A stretch of DNA of 64,000 bases from Lachnoclostridium sp. UBA2905 (lineage in GTDB: Bacteria > Bacillota > Clostridia > Lachnospirales > Lachnospiraceae): positions 60,737 through 124,736 of the forward strand of contig DEDL01000032.1 in NCBI GenBank assembly GCA_002349525.1. Direction: 5' to 3'. The notes beneath the pieces are model-generated. The model was not told where the DNA came from, ran no database searches, and saw nothing but the letters and a program-made list of their open reading frames with translations. Positions 50,280-60,786 of the stretch are shown piece after piece (position 1 is the first letter of the stretch; each line of letters begins with the position of its first letter). Made by a program: the position numbers and the translations under genes.

Positions 50280-51425
50280 ATGAAAATTGTAATAGCCATT
50301 GACTCATTTAAAGGAAGTATGTCTTCGCTTCAGGCAGGCGAAAGTGCCGGAAGAGGTGTCAGCCGGGTTTTTGGTGATGCGGACATAATTATAAGACCTC
50401 TCGCTGATGGAGGAGAGGGAACGGTGGATGCCCTTACTCTGGGATGTGGAGGCAGGCTGCAGAAAAGCAGGGTGACGGGACCTTTAGGCAAAAAGGTGTC
50501 TTGCCAGTATGGAATTGTTGAAGAGAGTAAAACAGCCATAATTGAGATGTCTGCAGCAGCAGGTATTACCCTTATTGATGAAAATGAGCGCAATCCCCTT
50601 AATACAACAACGTATGGAGTTGGGGAAATGATTAAGGATGCCATTAAAAAGGGGTGTAGAAACTTTCTTATAGGAATAGGAGGAAGTGCCACAAATGATG
50701 GAGGCGCAGGCATGCTGCAGGCACTGGGATTTGATTTCCTTGATAAGGATGGCAATCAGGTTCCATATGGGGCTAAGGGTCTTGAGGTTCTTGAAGAGAT
50801 AAATGATGATAATATTTTACCGGAACTTTCGGAATGTTCATTTCAGATTGCCTGCGATGTTACTAATACGCTTTGTGGAGAAAAAGGCTGCAGTGCAATA
50901 TACGGACCACAAAAGGGGGCCACACCTACAATGATAATGCAGATGGATAAGTGGCTTGCATATTATGCTAAGCTTGCAAAGGAAAAATATCCAGATGCAG
51001 ATGCCAGATATCCGGGAGCGGGTGCAGCAGGTGGTTTAGGCTTTGCCTTTATGACCTTTCTTAATGGAAAATTATGTCCGGGAGTAGATATTGTTCTAAG
51101 GGAAACAAGGCTTGAAGAATATATTAGAGATGCTGATATGGTTATAACAGGAGAAGGACGTCTTGATGGCCAGACTGTTATGGGAAAAGCTCCGGCAGGG
51201 GTTGCCAAAATTGCAAAAAAATATAATATTCCTGTGCTTGCTTTTGCAGGCTGCCTTAAAGAGGACGCCATTTTATGTAACGAAAACGGTATTGATGCAT
51301 TTTTTCCTATACTTAGAAATGTGGTGTCCTATGAGGATGCAATGAAGGTTCAGAATGCCATGAACAATATGGAGGCGGCAGTTGAACAGGCCATGCGTCT
51401 TATAAAAGCAGTAAGAAAAGAGTGA
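50280..51425 (+). CDS. garK: Glycerate kinase
   Basis: 'IAIDSFKGS', 'LADGGEGT', 'GIGGSATNDGG', 'GAGAAGGLG', 'TGEGRLDGQT'. Confidence 0.95.
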   Translation: MKIVIAIDSFKGSMSSLQAGESAGRGVSRVFGDADIIIRPLADGGEGTVDALTLGCGGRLQKSRVTGPLGKKVSCQYGIVEESKTAIIEMSAAAGITLIDENERNPLNTTTYGVGEMIKDAIKKGCRNFLIGIGGSATNDGGAGMLQALGFDFLDKDGNQVPYGAKGLEVLEEINDDNILPELSECSFQIACDVTNTLCGEKGCSAIYGPQKGATPTMIMQMDKWLAYYAKLAKEKYPDADARYPGAGAAGGLGFAFMTFLNGKLCPGVDIVLRETRLEEYIRDADMVITGEGRLDGQTVMGKAPAGVAKIAKKYNIPVLAFAGCLKEDAILCNENGIDAFFPILRNVVSYEDAMKVQNAMNNMEAAVEQAMRLIKAVRKE

Positions 51426-51457
51426 AAATATAATATAGTGTGTGAAAGGAATAAAAT

Positions 51458-52714
51458 ATGGCATTATTTACTACATGGGGAGCGGTTATTAGTCTTGTAA
51501 TAGCTATTGTACTGATTATCTGGAGGGTTCATCCAGCCTATAGTCTTATTCTGGGTGCGCTTATTGGGGGAATATGTGGCGGAGGTGGTCTTGTGACCAC
51601 GGTGGATACCATGATATCCGGAGCCCAGGGAATGATGTCATCAGTTCTAAGAATTCTTACCTCCGGTGTGCTTGCCGGTGCGCTTATAAAGACTGGTTCA
51701 GCAGAAAAAATAGCCGAGGTTATAGTGTCAAGGTTTGGAGAAAAGCTGGCAGTTTTTTCCCTGGCATTTGCGACAATGATAATATGTGCAGTTGGTGTAT
51801 TTATTGATATTGCCGTAATTACAGTGGCGCCAATTGCCCTGGCAATCGGTCAAAAATCGGGCTATAATAAAGCATCAGTTCTTCTTGCCATGACTGGTGG
51901 AGGAAAGGCTGGAAATATCATATCACCTAATCCTAATACTATTGCAACGGCAGAAGCATTTGGAGTTGACCTTACAGGTCTTATGATAAAAAATATCATA
52001 CCTGCAATAGCTGCCCTTGCTGTAACTGTTATACTTGCAGTTTATTTGTCAAAGAAAGAGGCAGCACCTGTTACGGATGGCGATATAGAACGTAATACGG
52101 AAAAAACTCTTCCTGGATTCCTAAAGGCAGTCAGTGGTCCGGCTCTTGTTATTATTTTGTTGGCATTAAGGCCGCTTTTTGGAATAAGTGTGGATCCCCT
52201 TATAGCCCTTCCGGCTGGTGGTCTTGTATGTATTCTTATCACATCACAGGGAAGAAATATTGTTTCTTATCTTGAATATGGTATATCAAAGGTACTTGGA
52301 GTTTCTATACTTCTTATTGGAACGGGAACCCTGGCAGGAATAATAAAGGCTTCCAATCTCCAGTATGACCTTATTAGTATTCTTAATGCAGGCAATATGC
52401 CAACATTTTTGCTGGCGCCACTGTCAGGAATACTGATGGCTGGGGCAACGGCATCTACTACAGCTGGAGCAACCATTGCTTCACAGACATTTTCACAGAC
52501 CCTTGTTAATGGAGGTGTGGCGGCAATTTCGGCAGCGGCAATGATACATGCCGGAGCAACAGTAATTGACTCACTTCCACATGGCTCATTTTTTCATGCC
52601 ACAGGGGGAGCGGTGAATATGAAATTCAAGGACAGATTAAAAATTGTACCTTTTGAGGCATGTGTGGGACTTACAAGTGTAGTGGCAGCAGTGATTATAT
52701 ACAAAATTTTTTGA
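51458..52714 (+). CDS. GntP family permease (probable glycerate transporter)
   Basis: Multi-TM protein; 'ISPNPNTI', 'DSLPHGSFFH'; follows glycerate kinase. Confidence 0.88.
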   Translation: MALFTTWGAVISLVIAIVLIIWRVHPAYSLILGALIGGICGGGGLVTTVDTMISGAQGMMSSVLRILTSGVLAGALIKTGSAEKIAEVIVSRFGEKLAVFSLAFATMIICAVGVFIDIAVITVAPIALAIGQKSGYNKASVLLAMTGGGKAGNIISPNPNTIATAEAFGVDLTGLMIKNIIPAIAALAVTVILAVYLSKKEAAPVTDGDIERNTEKTLPGFLKAVSGPALVIILLALRPLFGISVDPLIALPAGGLVCILITSQGRNIVSYLEYGISKVLGVSILLIGTGTLAGIIKASNLQYDLISILNAGNMPTFLLAPLSGILMAGATASTTAGATIASQTFSQTLVNGGVAAISAAAMIHAGATVIDSLPHGSFFHATGGAVNMKFKDRLKIVPFEACVGLTSVVAAVIIYKIF

Positions 52715-52856
52715 CAATGAAAATAGTAGTTTTACCTTATGTAACAGGGTACAGTTATTGACTGACCCTGTTATATTCATTTATAATGAAAAGAAATTTA
52801 AAGTGCAGGATAATAATTGCAGAAGATGCAATAAGGGATATTACAGGAGGAGAAAA

Positions 52857-53558
52857 ATGTATAGTTTTGATACACGTGTTAGGTATAGTGAATGTAATTA
52901 TAAGGGGGAGGCAACGCTGGCATCAATTCTTGATTATCTTCAGGATTGTTGTACATTTCAGTCGGAGGATCTTGGTATCGGCGTTGAATACTTAAAGAAT
53001 ATAAACAGGGCATGGCTTCTTAGCAGCTGGCAGGTGGATATAATCAGATATCCTGTTATGGGAGAATCTATTATCATAAAAACAATTCCTTATGAGATTA
53101 AGGGCATATATGGTCTCCGTAATTTTATGATTGAAACTGCCCGGGGTGAAGAAATTGTCAAAGCTAATTCGATCTGGGTATATGTGGATACTGTGACAGG
53201 AAGGCCTGCCAAACCGGATGACGATATTAAGTGTAAATATCCTATGGAAGAAAAGATTGATATGGAGTACCTTGGAAGAAAGCTTCCTAAGTTTAGCGGT
53301 GGGGAAGCAAAGGAGAAAAAGGTGGTGCCACATTATTTTATTGATACAAACCATCATGTTAATAATTCAAAATACATATTGTTTGGGGAGGAATATCTTC
53401 CAGAGGATTATACGGTTCACAGAATATGGGCTGAATATAAAAATGCAGCTATGCTGGGGGATAATATACAGGCTCTTGTAGCAGATAATGAAAAAGGTAT
53501 ATATGTTTCTGTTACAGATGGAGAAGGAAATGTTTTTGCCAACATTATATTTGAATAG
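52857..53558 (+). CDS. Acyl-ACP thioesterase
   Basis: 'VRYSEC', 'YLQDCC', 'DTNHHVNNSKY'; AGGAGG RBS. Confidence 0.9.
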   Translation: MYSFDTRVRYSECNYKGEATLASILDYLQDCCTFQSEDLGIGVEYLKNINRAWLLSSWQVDIIRYPVMGESIIIKTIPYEIKGIYGLRNFMIETARGEEIVKANSIWVYVDTVTGRPAKPDDDIKCKYPMEEKIDMEYLGRKLPKFSGGEAKEKKVVPHYFIDTNHHVNNSKYILFGEEYLPEDYTVHRIWAEYKNAAMLGDNIQALVADNEKGIYVSVTDGEGNVFANIIFE

Positions 53559-53572
53559 AATGGAGTGGGGTT

Positions 53573-54727
53573 ATGAAAATATTTCACCTGTCAGATCTTC
53601 ATATTGGTCTTAGGCTTTATAACAGGGATTTGAGGGAAGATCAGGAGTATATATTTGATAAGATAATTGAATATGCTGTTTTGGAGAAGCCGGATGTGAT
53701 TGTAATTGCCGGAGATATATTTGATAAGGCAATGCCGTCTGCCGAGGCTGTCAGAGTTTTTGACTGTTTTATAACAAAGCTTTCAAGGGCAGCTAAGGAA
53801 ACTGCAATTATGATGATAAGCGGTAATCATGACAGTGGACCACGAATTGACTGCTACAGGAATATTTTATCAGCCAGCAATATATATGTGGTGGGAATTC
53901 CCCCGGTAAATGAGGATGAATATATTGAGAAGGTTACTGTAAATGATGAATATGGTCCTGTTAATTTTTATCTGCTTCCATTTGTTAAGCCGTCAATGGT
54001 TAGAAATATTGTGAAAAGCGAAGAGGGAAGTGTGTCTTATGATGAGGCATTACGAACACTTATTGCCCGGGAAAGCATTGATAAAAACCAACGTAACGTC
54101 ATAGTCAGCCATCAGTTTTACCTGCCATCAAAGACAGATGCATCACAGGTTGCAAGAATGGATTCAGAAATAGTTACGGCAGGTAATATAGATGTGGTAG
54201 GCAGTGATGTTTTAGAAGAATTTGATTATGCCTGTCTTGGTCACATTCACAAGCCTATGACAGCAGGTGATGAGAAGCTTAGATATTGCGGAACTCCTCT
54301 TTGTGTTTCAGTAAGTGAAGCCGGTCAGGAAAAGAGCATAATAGAGGTCAACTTAAATGAACCGGGAACAAGAGCAGTTACAAGATGCCTTCCACTTAAG
54401 CCACTTCGTAATGTAAGAATCCTGAAGGGAGAGCTTGAAGATGTGTTAAAATCTCCTTCTGATGATTATGTATCGGTTGTGCTTACAGACAAGGAGGACT
54501 TTAATACATTTGATATGAAGGAAAGACTTCATGATGCTTTTCCTAATATTCTCGAGATAAGAATAGAAAATATCAGAAAATATGAGGAAAGAAGGGGACA
54601 GCTTCCATCGCCTGGAAAAATGTCTCCTTATGATATGTGTATGGCATTTTTGGGGGAAGATGGCATGGATGAAGAAGACAGAAAGCTTATAATGGATGTT
54701 ATAAACAGTGTAAAGGGGGCCTTGTAA
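53573..54727 (+). CDS. sbcD: Nuclease SbcCD subunit D
   Basis: 'HLSDLHIG', 'AGDIFD', 'SGNHD', 'LGHIH', 'YCGTP'. Confidence 0.95.
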   Translation: MKIFHLSDLHIGLRLYNRDLREDQEYIFDKIIEYAVLEKPDVIVIAGDIFDKAMPSAEAVRVFDCFITKLSRAAKETAIMMISGNHDSGPRIDCYRNILSASNIYVVGIPPVNEDEYIEKVTVNDEYGPVNFYLLPFVKPSMVRNIVKSEEGSVSYDEALRTLIARESIDKNQRNVIVSHQFYLPSKTDASQVARMDSEIVTAGNIDVVGSDVLEEFDYACLGHIHKPMTAGDEKLRYCGTPLCVSVSEAGQEKSIIEVNLNEPGTRAVTRCLPLKPLRNVRILKGELEDVLKSPSDDYVSVVLTDKEDFNTFDMKERLHDAFPNILEIRIENIRKYEERRGQLPSPGKMSPYDMCMAFLGEDGMDEEDRKLIMDVINSVKGAL

Positions 54728-54728
54728 T

Positions 54729-57700
54729 ATGAAACCAGTAAGGTTAACAATGACTGCATTTGGTTCCTACGGAAAAGAAACAGTAATAGATTTTACTAAA
54801 AATAATCAGAACATTTTTCTGATTACAGGAGATACCGGAGCCGGAAAGACAACAATATTTGATGCCATTGTTTTTGCACTTTACGGTGAAGCAAGCTCTG
54901 GTACCAATAAGAAGAATGGAACTGAGCTTCAGAGCCACTATATGGGATATGATACAAAGCCTGGTGTAACACTTGAATTTCTTCTGCCATCAAAAAGTGA
55001 TGACGTATATGTTGTTACAAGAGTTCCAAGACATGTCAGGAAGCTCAAGAAAAAATCAGGTAAGTCTGACAATACCACAAAAGAGGAAAATGGTTCAGTA
55101 GAGCTTATAGTACCGGATGGAATGGTGTATACCGGAAAAGAAGCAGGTATTAAGATTAGTGAGCTAATTGGTCTTACCAAGGATCAGTTTATGCAGGTTG
55201 CCATGATTGCTCAGGGCGAATTTATGGATATGCTGCGTAAGAAATCCGATGATAAAAAAGAAATATTCAGAAAGCTTTTTGCTACCGGTATATATGAGAA
55301 CATAGGAAAGAGGCTTGGTGACCTTAAGAAGGATAACGAAAAGGAGCTTGATATAATTAAAACCCGTTGCAGCGAGATAGTTCAGTCGGTTAAAGTGCCT
55401 GATGAATACGAGGAAAAGGAAGATTTTGAATACCTTCAGAATGAGGTGAGCGCAGGAAAACTTCATTTGTTAGAAGCTTACATGGAAAAGCTTCAGGAAG
55501 TGTCACTATACATTAAAGATAAACTGTCCATTGTTCAGGAAGAAAAAAACCTTGCCATGGCTGAAAGAGATCTTGCAAATGAGCAGTATATTAAGGGAGA
55601 AAATCTTGTCAGCCAGTATGAAAAACTGGAAAGCATCATTAGGACAGAAAAAGAGCTTGAGGATAGAAAAACTGATATTGAACATATTGAGAAGCTTCTA
55701 AACAGAGTTTTAATGGCTTATGAGGTCAAGGAAAAGGATGGCTATGTAAAAGAAGCCAATGATATGCTTTTAAGAGAAAAAAATAGTCTTAGTGATGCCC
55801 AAAAAAGGGCTGATGAGGGAAGAAAAAGACTTGATGATATGAAGGCCGAGGCAGAAAAGTATAAAAATGCATATGAGGAAGCAGGTGCAGCATATCATAA
55901 AACAGAAGAAAAAACGGATAAGGCAATAAAGCTTTTAAGAGAGAGGGAAAGCCTTTTAAAGGATTATAAAGCAAGTAAAACAGCCTATGATAATTCAGTT
56001 AAGGTTCATGAGATAAGCAAGGGCAAATTAGAGGGTATTAAAAAGCAGATCAATCTTGCAAAGGATGCTCTTTCCCAGTATGACAATGCAGAGGTTACAT
56101 ATGCAAAATGGGAGAACAGCTTCAGGCTGCTTGAAGCCATGAGTAAAGAGATTAAAGTCCTGGCTGATGATGCGGCAGAGGTTTGTAAGCTTGAACAAGA
56201 CCTTGAAAATAGTAAAAATGAATATGTAACAGCAAATAAGGCCTTTACCTATGTAAATGATCAATATCTTAGGGCATACCAGTTGTTTCTTGATAACCAG
56301 GCTGGAATACTTGCCAAGAAACTGGAAGATAATATTCCATGTCCTGTGTGTGGTTCAATCAACCATCCACACCCGGCAGAGTTTAAGGAAGTAAAAAGGA
56401 TAGCCACCAAAGAGGAGCTTGATGAACTCTTACATGAAGCAGACATGGCTAAGAAGAAACAGGAAAAAATCGCCAGAGATAATGAGACAATGAAGGCTAA
56501 GCTTAATGCAAGGTCAGAGGAGAATGCTAAAAAATATGAGGAACTCATAAAAAGATGTATCAAAGAGGGTGTCGTGGAAAACACCAGCTTTTGTATGGCA
56601 GACGATAAAGATAATGAGTTTGTCCGTAAATGCGCTGAAGATCTTCTTAGTAGCATTAATATCTGTATAAACAAGACTTCTATGGCTGGAGAGGCTTATA
56701 AAAAGGCTGTAGATGATAAGAAAAAATTATCAGATATGCTTGTTGGCTATGAAACCTCCCTTTCTAAGCTTGAAAAAGAAGCTGAATTAAGACTGGATGT
56801 AATGAATGATTCATATTCATTATATGAAAAAGCCAAGGCAAAATATGAAAGCATGGATGAAAATGTCAGCTATTCCACGATAAATGAAGCAGAAAATGAC
56901 CTTAACGAGGCAAAGAAGGTTTATAACAGTGCTAAAAATCGTTATGAAGAGGCTGAAAAAAAGGTTGAGGTTATTTCTAAGGATAAATCTGAGGCAGAGG
57001 GTATTATCAGAAAGTGTGAAAAGGATATTCCGGAAAGAAATAAACAGTATGAGAATAGACTGGCTGAATACGAAGAACTGGTCTTTAGATATGGTTTTGA
57101 GGAGATAGAATGGCAGGAACTTGTTGATACATATTCAAGGGAAAGCTGTGATATATGGGAAGAAGAAATATCCTCATATAAAACTAAGGTTACAGAGAAT
57201 AAGAGCAGCAAAAAAACTGTTCTGTCTGCAATTGGTGATGAGAAGCTTCCTGATATGAATGAGCTTGCCCTTGCAAAGCAAAATGCAGATGATGTATTGG
57301 AAAAAGCACTTGAGGTATATGATTATTATAATAATATTTACAAGAGTGACAATGAAAGCTATAATAAGTTGAGCAAAAATCTTAATAACCGTCAGGATAC
57401 CATTATGAAGCACGAACGCATAAAAAGATTATACGACTGTATAACAGGAAAGGTGTCTGGTGCCAGAATGGATCTTGAAACCTTTGTGCTCAGAAAATAT
57501 CTTGAGAGAATTCTTTTTGCAGCCAACAAAAGGTTCAGGGAGATGACCCTGGGTGAGTTTGAACTCAGAATGATCTCACTTGATGATGCTGGTACCGGGA
57601 AAAATAAGGGACTTGACCTTATGGTGTATTCCAATATGACCGGACGTGAAAGGGAGATTCGTACTCTTTCGGGAGGAGAATCATTTATGGCGGCATTGTC

Positions 57701-57959
57701 ACTGTCCCTTGGAATGGCTGATGAGATTCAGGCTGAAAGCGGAGCAATAGGGCTTGACGTTATGTTTATTGATGAGGGCTTTGGTTCTCTTGATGACCGG
57801 GCAAGAAATGAGGCTGTAAAGGTACTTAAGGAAATGGCTGGAAGTCAAAGGCTTATTGGAATCATTTCTCATGTTTCTGAACTTAAGCAGGAGATTGACA
57901 GTAAGCTTATTGTTAAAAAAGACGATAATGGCAGCAGTGTTTCCTGGGTTATTAACTAG
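54729..57959 (+). CDS. sbcC: Nuclease SbcCD subunit C (SMC-like ATPase)
   Basis: 'GDTGAGKTT', long coiled coil with CPVCGS zinc hook, 'LSGGE', 'FIDEGFGSLD'. Confidence 0.95.
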   Translation: MKPVRLTMTAFGSYGKETVIDFTKNNQNIFLITGDTGAGKTTIFDAIVFALYGEASSGTNKKNGTELQSHYMGYDTKPGVTLEFLLPSKSDDVYVVTRVPRHVRKLKKKSGKSDNTTKEENGSVELIVPDGMVYTGKEAGIKISELIGLTKDQFMQVAMIAQGEFMDMLRKKSDDKKEIFRKLFATGIYENIGKRLGDLKKDNEKELDIIKTRCSEIVQSVKVPDEYEEKEDFEYLQNEVSAGKLHLLEAYMEKLQEVSLYIKDKLSIVQEEKNLAMAERDLANEQYIKGENLVSQYEKLESIIRTEKELEDRKTDIEHIEKLLNRVLMAYEVKEKDGYVKEANDMLLREKNSLSDAQKRADEGRKRLDDMKAEAEKYKNAYEEAGAAYHKTEEKTDKAIKLLRERESLLKDYKASKTAYDNSVKVHEISKGKLEGIKKQINLAKDALSQYDNAEVTYAKWENSFRLLEAMSKEIKVLADDAAEVCKLEQDLENSKNEYVTANKAFTYVNDQYLRAYQLFLDNQAGILAKKLEDNIPCPVCGSINHPHPAEFKEVKRIATKEELDELLHEADMAKKKQEKIARDNETMKAKLNARSEENAKKYEELIKRCIKEGVVENTSFCMADDKDNEFVRKCAEDLLSSINICINKTSMAGEAYKKAVDDKKKLSDMLVGYETSLSKLEKEAELRLDVMNDSYSLYEKAKAKYESMDENVSYSTINEAENDLNEAKKVYNSAKNRYEEAEKKVEVISKDKSEAEGIIRKCEKDIPERNKQYENRLAEYEELVFRYGFEEIEWQELVDTYSRESCDIWEEEISSYKTKVTENKSSKKTVLSAIGDEKLPDMNELALAKQNADDVLEKALEVYDYYNNIYKSDNESYNKLSKNLNNRQDTIMKHERIKRLYDCITGKVSGARMDLETFVLRKYLERILFAANKRFREMTLGEFELRMISLDDAGTGKNKGLDLMVYSNMTGREREIRTLSGGESFMAALSLSLGMADEIQAESGAIGLDVMFIDEGFGSLDDRARNEAVKVLKEMAGSQRLIGIISHVSELKQEIDSKLIVKKDDNGSSVSWVIN

Positions 57960-57989
57960 TTTTTACATAATAATTTACGATAAGGAGGC

Positions 57990-60392
57990 ATGGATAATAT
58001 GGAAATGACTCTTGATAAGCTTGTCTATAATCAAAGTGGCAGGATAGTAAGTGTTAAGGGTAAGGGTGCCCTGCACAATCATCTTCTTGATATGGGACTT
58101 ACCCCTGGAACAGAGGTCACACTTATTAAGAGAGCACCAATGGGTGACCCAATCGAATTTGAGTTGAGAGGTTATGAGCTCACAATAAGACTTTCCGAAG
58201 CTGAAAATATTGTAATAGAGCCAGTTTTAAGGGCTGCATCAGAAAATAATAAGGAAAAGCATATCAGAAAAAAACTGATGGATCATCCTGGTGTGGGTGA
58301 ATCCCTTAAGGCCGAAAGTTATCATGCAAGAAAAATTGGAAAAACTATAAATAAGGGAATGCCCCTTTCTTTTGCCCTGGTGGGAAACCAGAACTGTGGA
58401 AAGACAACACTTTTTAACCAGCTTACCGGTTCTAACCAGCATGTAGGCAACTTCCCGGGTGTTACTGTAGATAAAAAGGAAGGCATAATAAGGAATCATC
58501 CTGAAGCAAGTGTAACTGACCTTCCGGGAATATATTCTCTTTCACCATATTCAAGTGAAGAGATTGTTACCAGAGAATTCCTTATGAATAATGACCTGAC
58601 AGGAATAATCAACATTGTTGACGCATCTAATATTGAACGTAACCTGTATCTTACAATACAGCTTATGGAGTTAGGTATTCCGATGGTTTTAGCCCTTAAC
58701 ATGATGGATGAGGTAAGGAGCAACGGCGGAAGTATCAGGATAAATGAACTTGAAAGCATTCTTGGTATTCCTGTAGTGCCTATATCTGCTGTGAAAAATG
58801 AAGGAATAGATGAACTTATTGACCATGCAATTCATATTGCAAGATATAGAGAAGCTCCTGGCCGTATAGATTTTTGTGAGGACAGTGGAAAGACAGGAGA
58901 TAAGGTTGGAGCGGTGCACAGGTGCATACACTCGGCAGAACATCTTCTGGAACCATATGCAATGACAGCAGGACTTCCAAAAAGGTATGCATCCACAAAA
59001 ATGGTGGAGGGTGATGAGCTTATTAAGGAAGCTCTTAATGTACCTGAGGATGAGTTAAAGATTCTTGACAGTATTATTGATGTAATGGAAAAAGAGAGTG
59101 GACTTGAAAGAGAGGCTGCTCTTGCGAATATGAGATTTGTCTTTATTGAAAAGGTCTGTAAAAATACAGTTATAAAGCCTCACGAAAGTAAGGAACATAA
59201 AAGAAGCGTCAGTATAGACAGAATTCTTACAGGACGTTATACGGCAATCCCATGCTTCCTTTTAATAATGGCTTTTGTCTTTGCCATGACATTTAGCTTT
59301 ATCGGAGGTTTTTTATCTGATCTTATGGCAAAGGGTGTCGACTACATAATAAGTCTAATTGACGTGGCACTTACTAAAGCACAGATAAATGAGGTTGTTC
59401 ATTCCCTTGTTATTGACGGTGTCTGTAATGGAGTAGGAAGTGTTTTAAGCTTTCTTCCGGTAATAGTTACATTATTTTTCTTCCTGTCAATACTTGAGGA
59501 TACAGGTTATATGGCCAGAGTTGCATTTATTATGGACAGACTTCTTAGAAAAATTGGACTATCAGGAAGAAGCTTTGTTCCAATGCTTATTGGCTTTGGA
59601 TGTTCAGTTCCGGCGATTATGTCAACAAGAACCTTGTCCAGTGAAAGAGACAGACGTATGACAATATTTCTGACACCTTTTATGAGCTGTAGCGCCAAGC
59701 TTCCAATATATGCATTATTTACGACTGCATTTTTTGAAAAGCAGTACAGGGTGCTTGTTATGATAAGTCTGTATCTGCTTGGTATAGTGTGTGGTATTAT
59801 ATATGCACTTATTCTTAAGAAAACAATGTTTAAGGGTGAGCCGGTTCCTTTTGTAATGGAACTTCCTAACTACAGACTTCCAAGTGCGAAAAGTGTTGGA
59901 TTTCTCTTATGGGAAAAGGCAAGAGGATTTATACAGAAGGCATTTACAATTATCCTGCTTGCAACCTTGATAATATGGTTCCTTCAGACTTTTGATATCA
60001 GATTTAATATAGCAGAATCTACAGATTCAAGTCTTCTTGCATTGGTAGGCGGTATTATCGCACCTATATTTGCCCCACTTGGATTTGGAGATTGGAGAGT
60101 GTCAACAGCTCTTATAACAGGATTTACTGCCAAGGAAAGTGTTGTGTCAACAATTACAGTACTCCTTGGAGGAGATGTATCGGTGCTGAAGACATTATTT
60201 TCACCGGCATCAGCCTATGTATTTTTGATATTTACACTTCTCTACACTCCTTGTGTTGCTGCAATTGCAACTGTTAAAAGGGAAATGGGCGGTCATAAGG
60301 CTGCAATACTGACAGCATTTTTACAGTGCCTTATTGCATGGATTGTGGCATTTTTGGCAAGATGTATTATGCTTGCACTTGGAATGCAATGA
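57990..60392 (+). CDS. feoB: Ferrous iron transporter FeoB with fused N-terminal FeoA domain
   Basis: FeoA 'LLDMGLTPG...APMGDP...LRLSEA'; G-domain 'GNQNCGKT', 'GNFPGVT', 'DLPG'; Gate TMs; 'LYTPCVA'. Confidence 0.95.
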   Translation: MDNMEMTLDKLVYNQSGRIVSVKGKGALHNHLLDMGLTPGTEVTLIKRAPMGDPIEFELRGYELTIRLSEAENIVIEPVLRAASENNKEKHIRKKLMDHPGVGESLKAESYHARKIGKTINKGMPLSFALVGNQNCGKTTLFNQLTGSNQHVGNFPGVTVDKKEGIIRNHPEASVTDLPGIYSLSPYSSEEIVTREFLMNNDLTGIINIVDASNIERNLYLTIQLMELGIPMVLALNMMDEVRSNGGSIRINELESILGIPVVPISAVKNEGIDELIDHAIHIARYREAPGRIDFCEDSGKTGDKVGAVHRCIHSAEHLLEPYAMTAGLPKRYASTKMVEGDELIKEALNVPEDELKILDSIIDVMEKESGLEREAALANMRFVFIEKVCKNTVIKPHESKEHKRSVSIDRILTGRYTAIPCFLLIMAFVFAMTFSFIGGFLSDLMAKGVDYIISLIDVALTKAQINEVVHSLVIDGVCNGVGSVLSFLPVIVTLFFFLSILEDTGYMARVAFIMDRLLRKIGLSGRSFVPMLIGFGCSVPAIMSTRTLSSERDRRMTIFLTPFMSCSAKLPIYALFTTAFFEKQYRVLVMISLYLLGIVCGIIYALILKKTMFKGEPVPFVMELPNYRLPSAKSVGFLLWEKARGFIQKAFTIILLATLIIWFLQTFDIRFNIAESTDSSLLALVGGIIAPIFAPLGFGDWRVSTALITGFTAKESVVSTITVLLGGDVSVLKTLFSPASAYVFLIFTLLYTPCVAAIATVKREMGGHKAAILTAFLQCLIAWIVAFLARCIMLALGMQ

Positions 60393-60400
60393 TTGTAAGA

Positions 60401-60490
60401 AAAAATAGTTATAAAAATAGTCACAAAAAGCCGTCATAAAAACGGCGATAAAACAACAAAAATAGTAAGAAGAATAATAAGAAAAATAAT
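60401..60490. repeat. Degenerate ~12-bp A-rich tandem array after the feoB stop
   Basis: aaaaatagttat aaaaatagtcac aaaaagccgtcat aaaaacggcgat ... aaaaatagtaag. Confidence 0.6.
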
Positions 60491-60786
60491 ATTTTCATTG
60501 TGTGATGCATTTCTTATATTTCCTTTATAATTATATGCATAAATTTTAACATATAACAGATTCTGCTTTCAATGATATTTTGAATTCATTTATTTTATAA
60601 TGAATTTTGAAAATTTTCTTAAGAGAACGCATAGAAGTATATTATATTTAAGACATTATTAATTAAATATTTATGAAATAAACATAAACAGATTCGAATT
60701 GTATTATATAATATAAGTATTGAATTTTTGCTTTGAAATGATTAAATTCAGGCGAAGGTTCGGAAAAGAAATGGAGGACACATATT

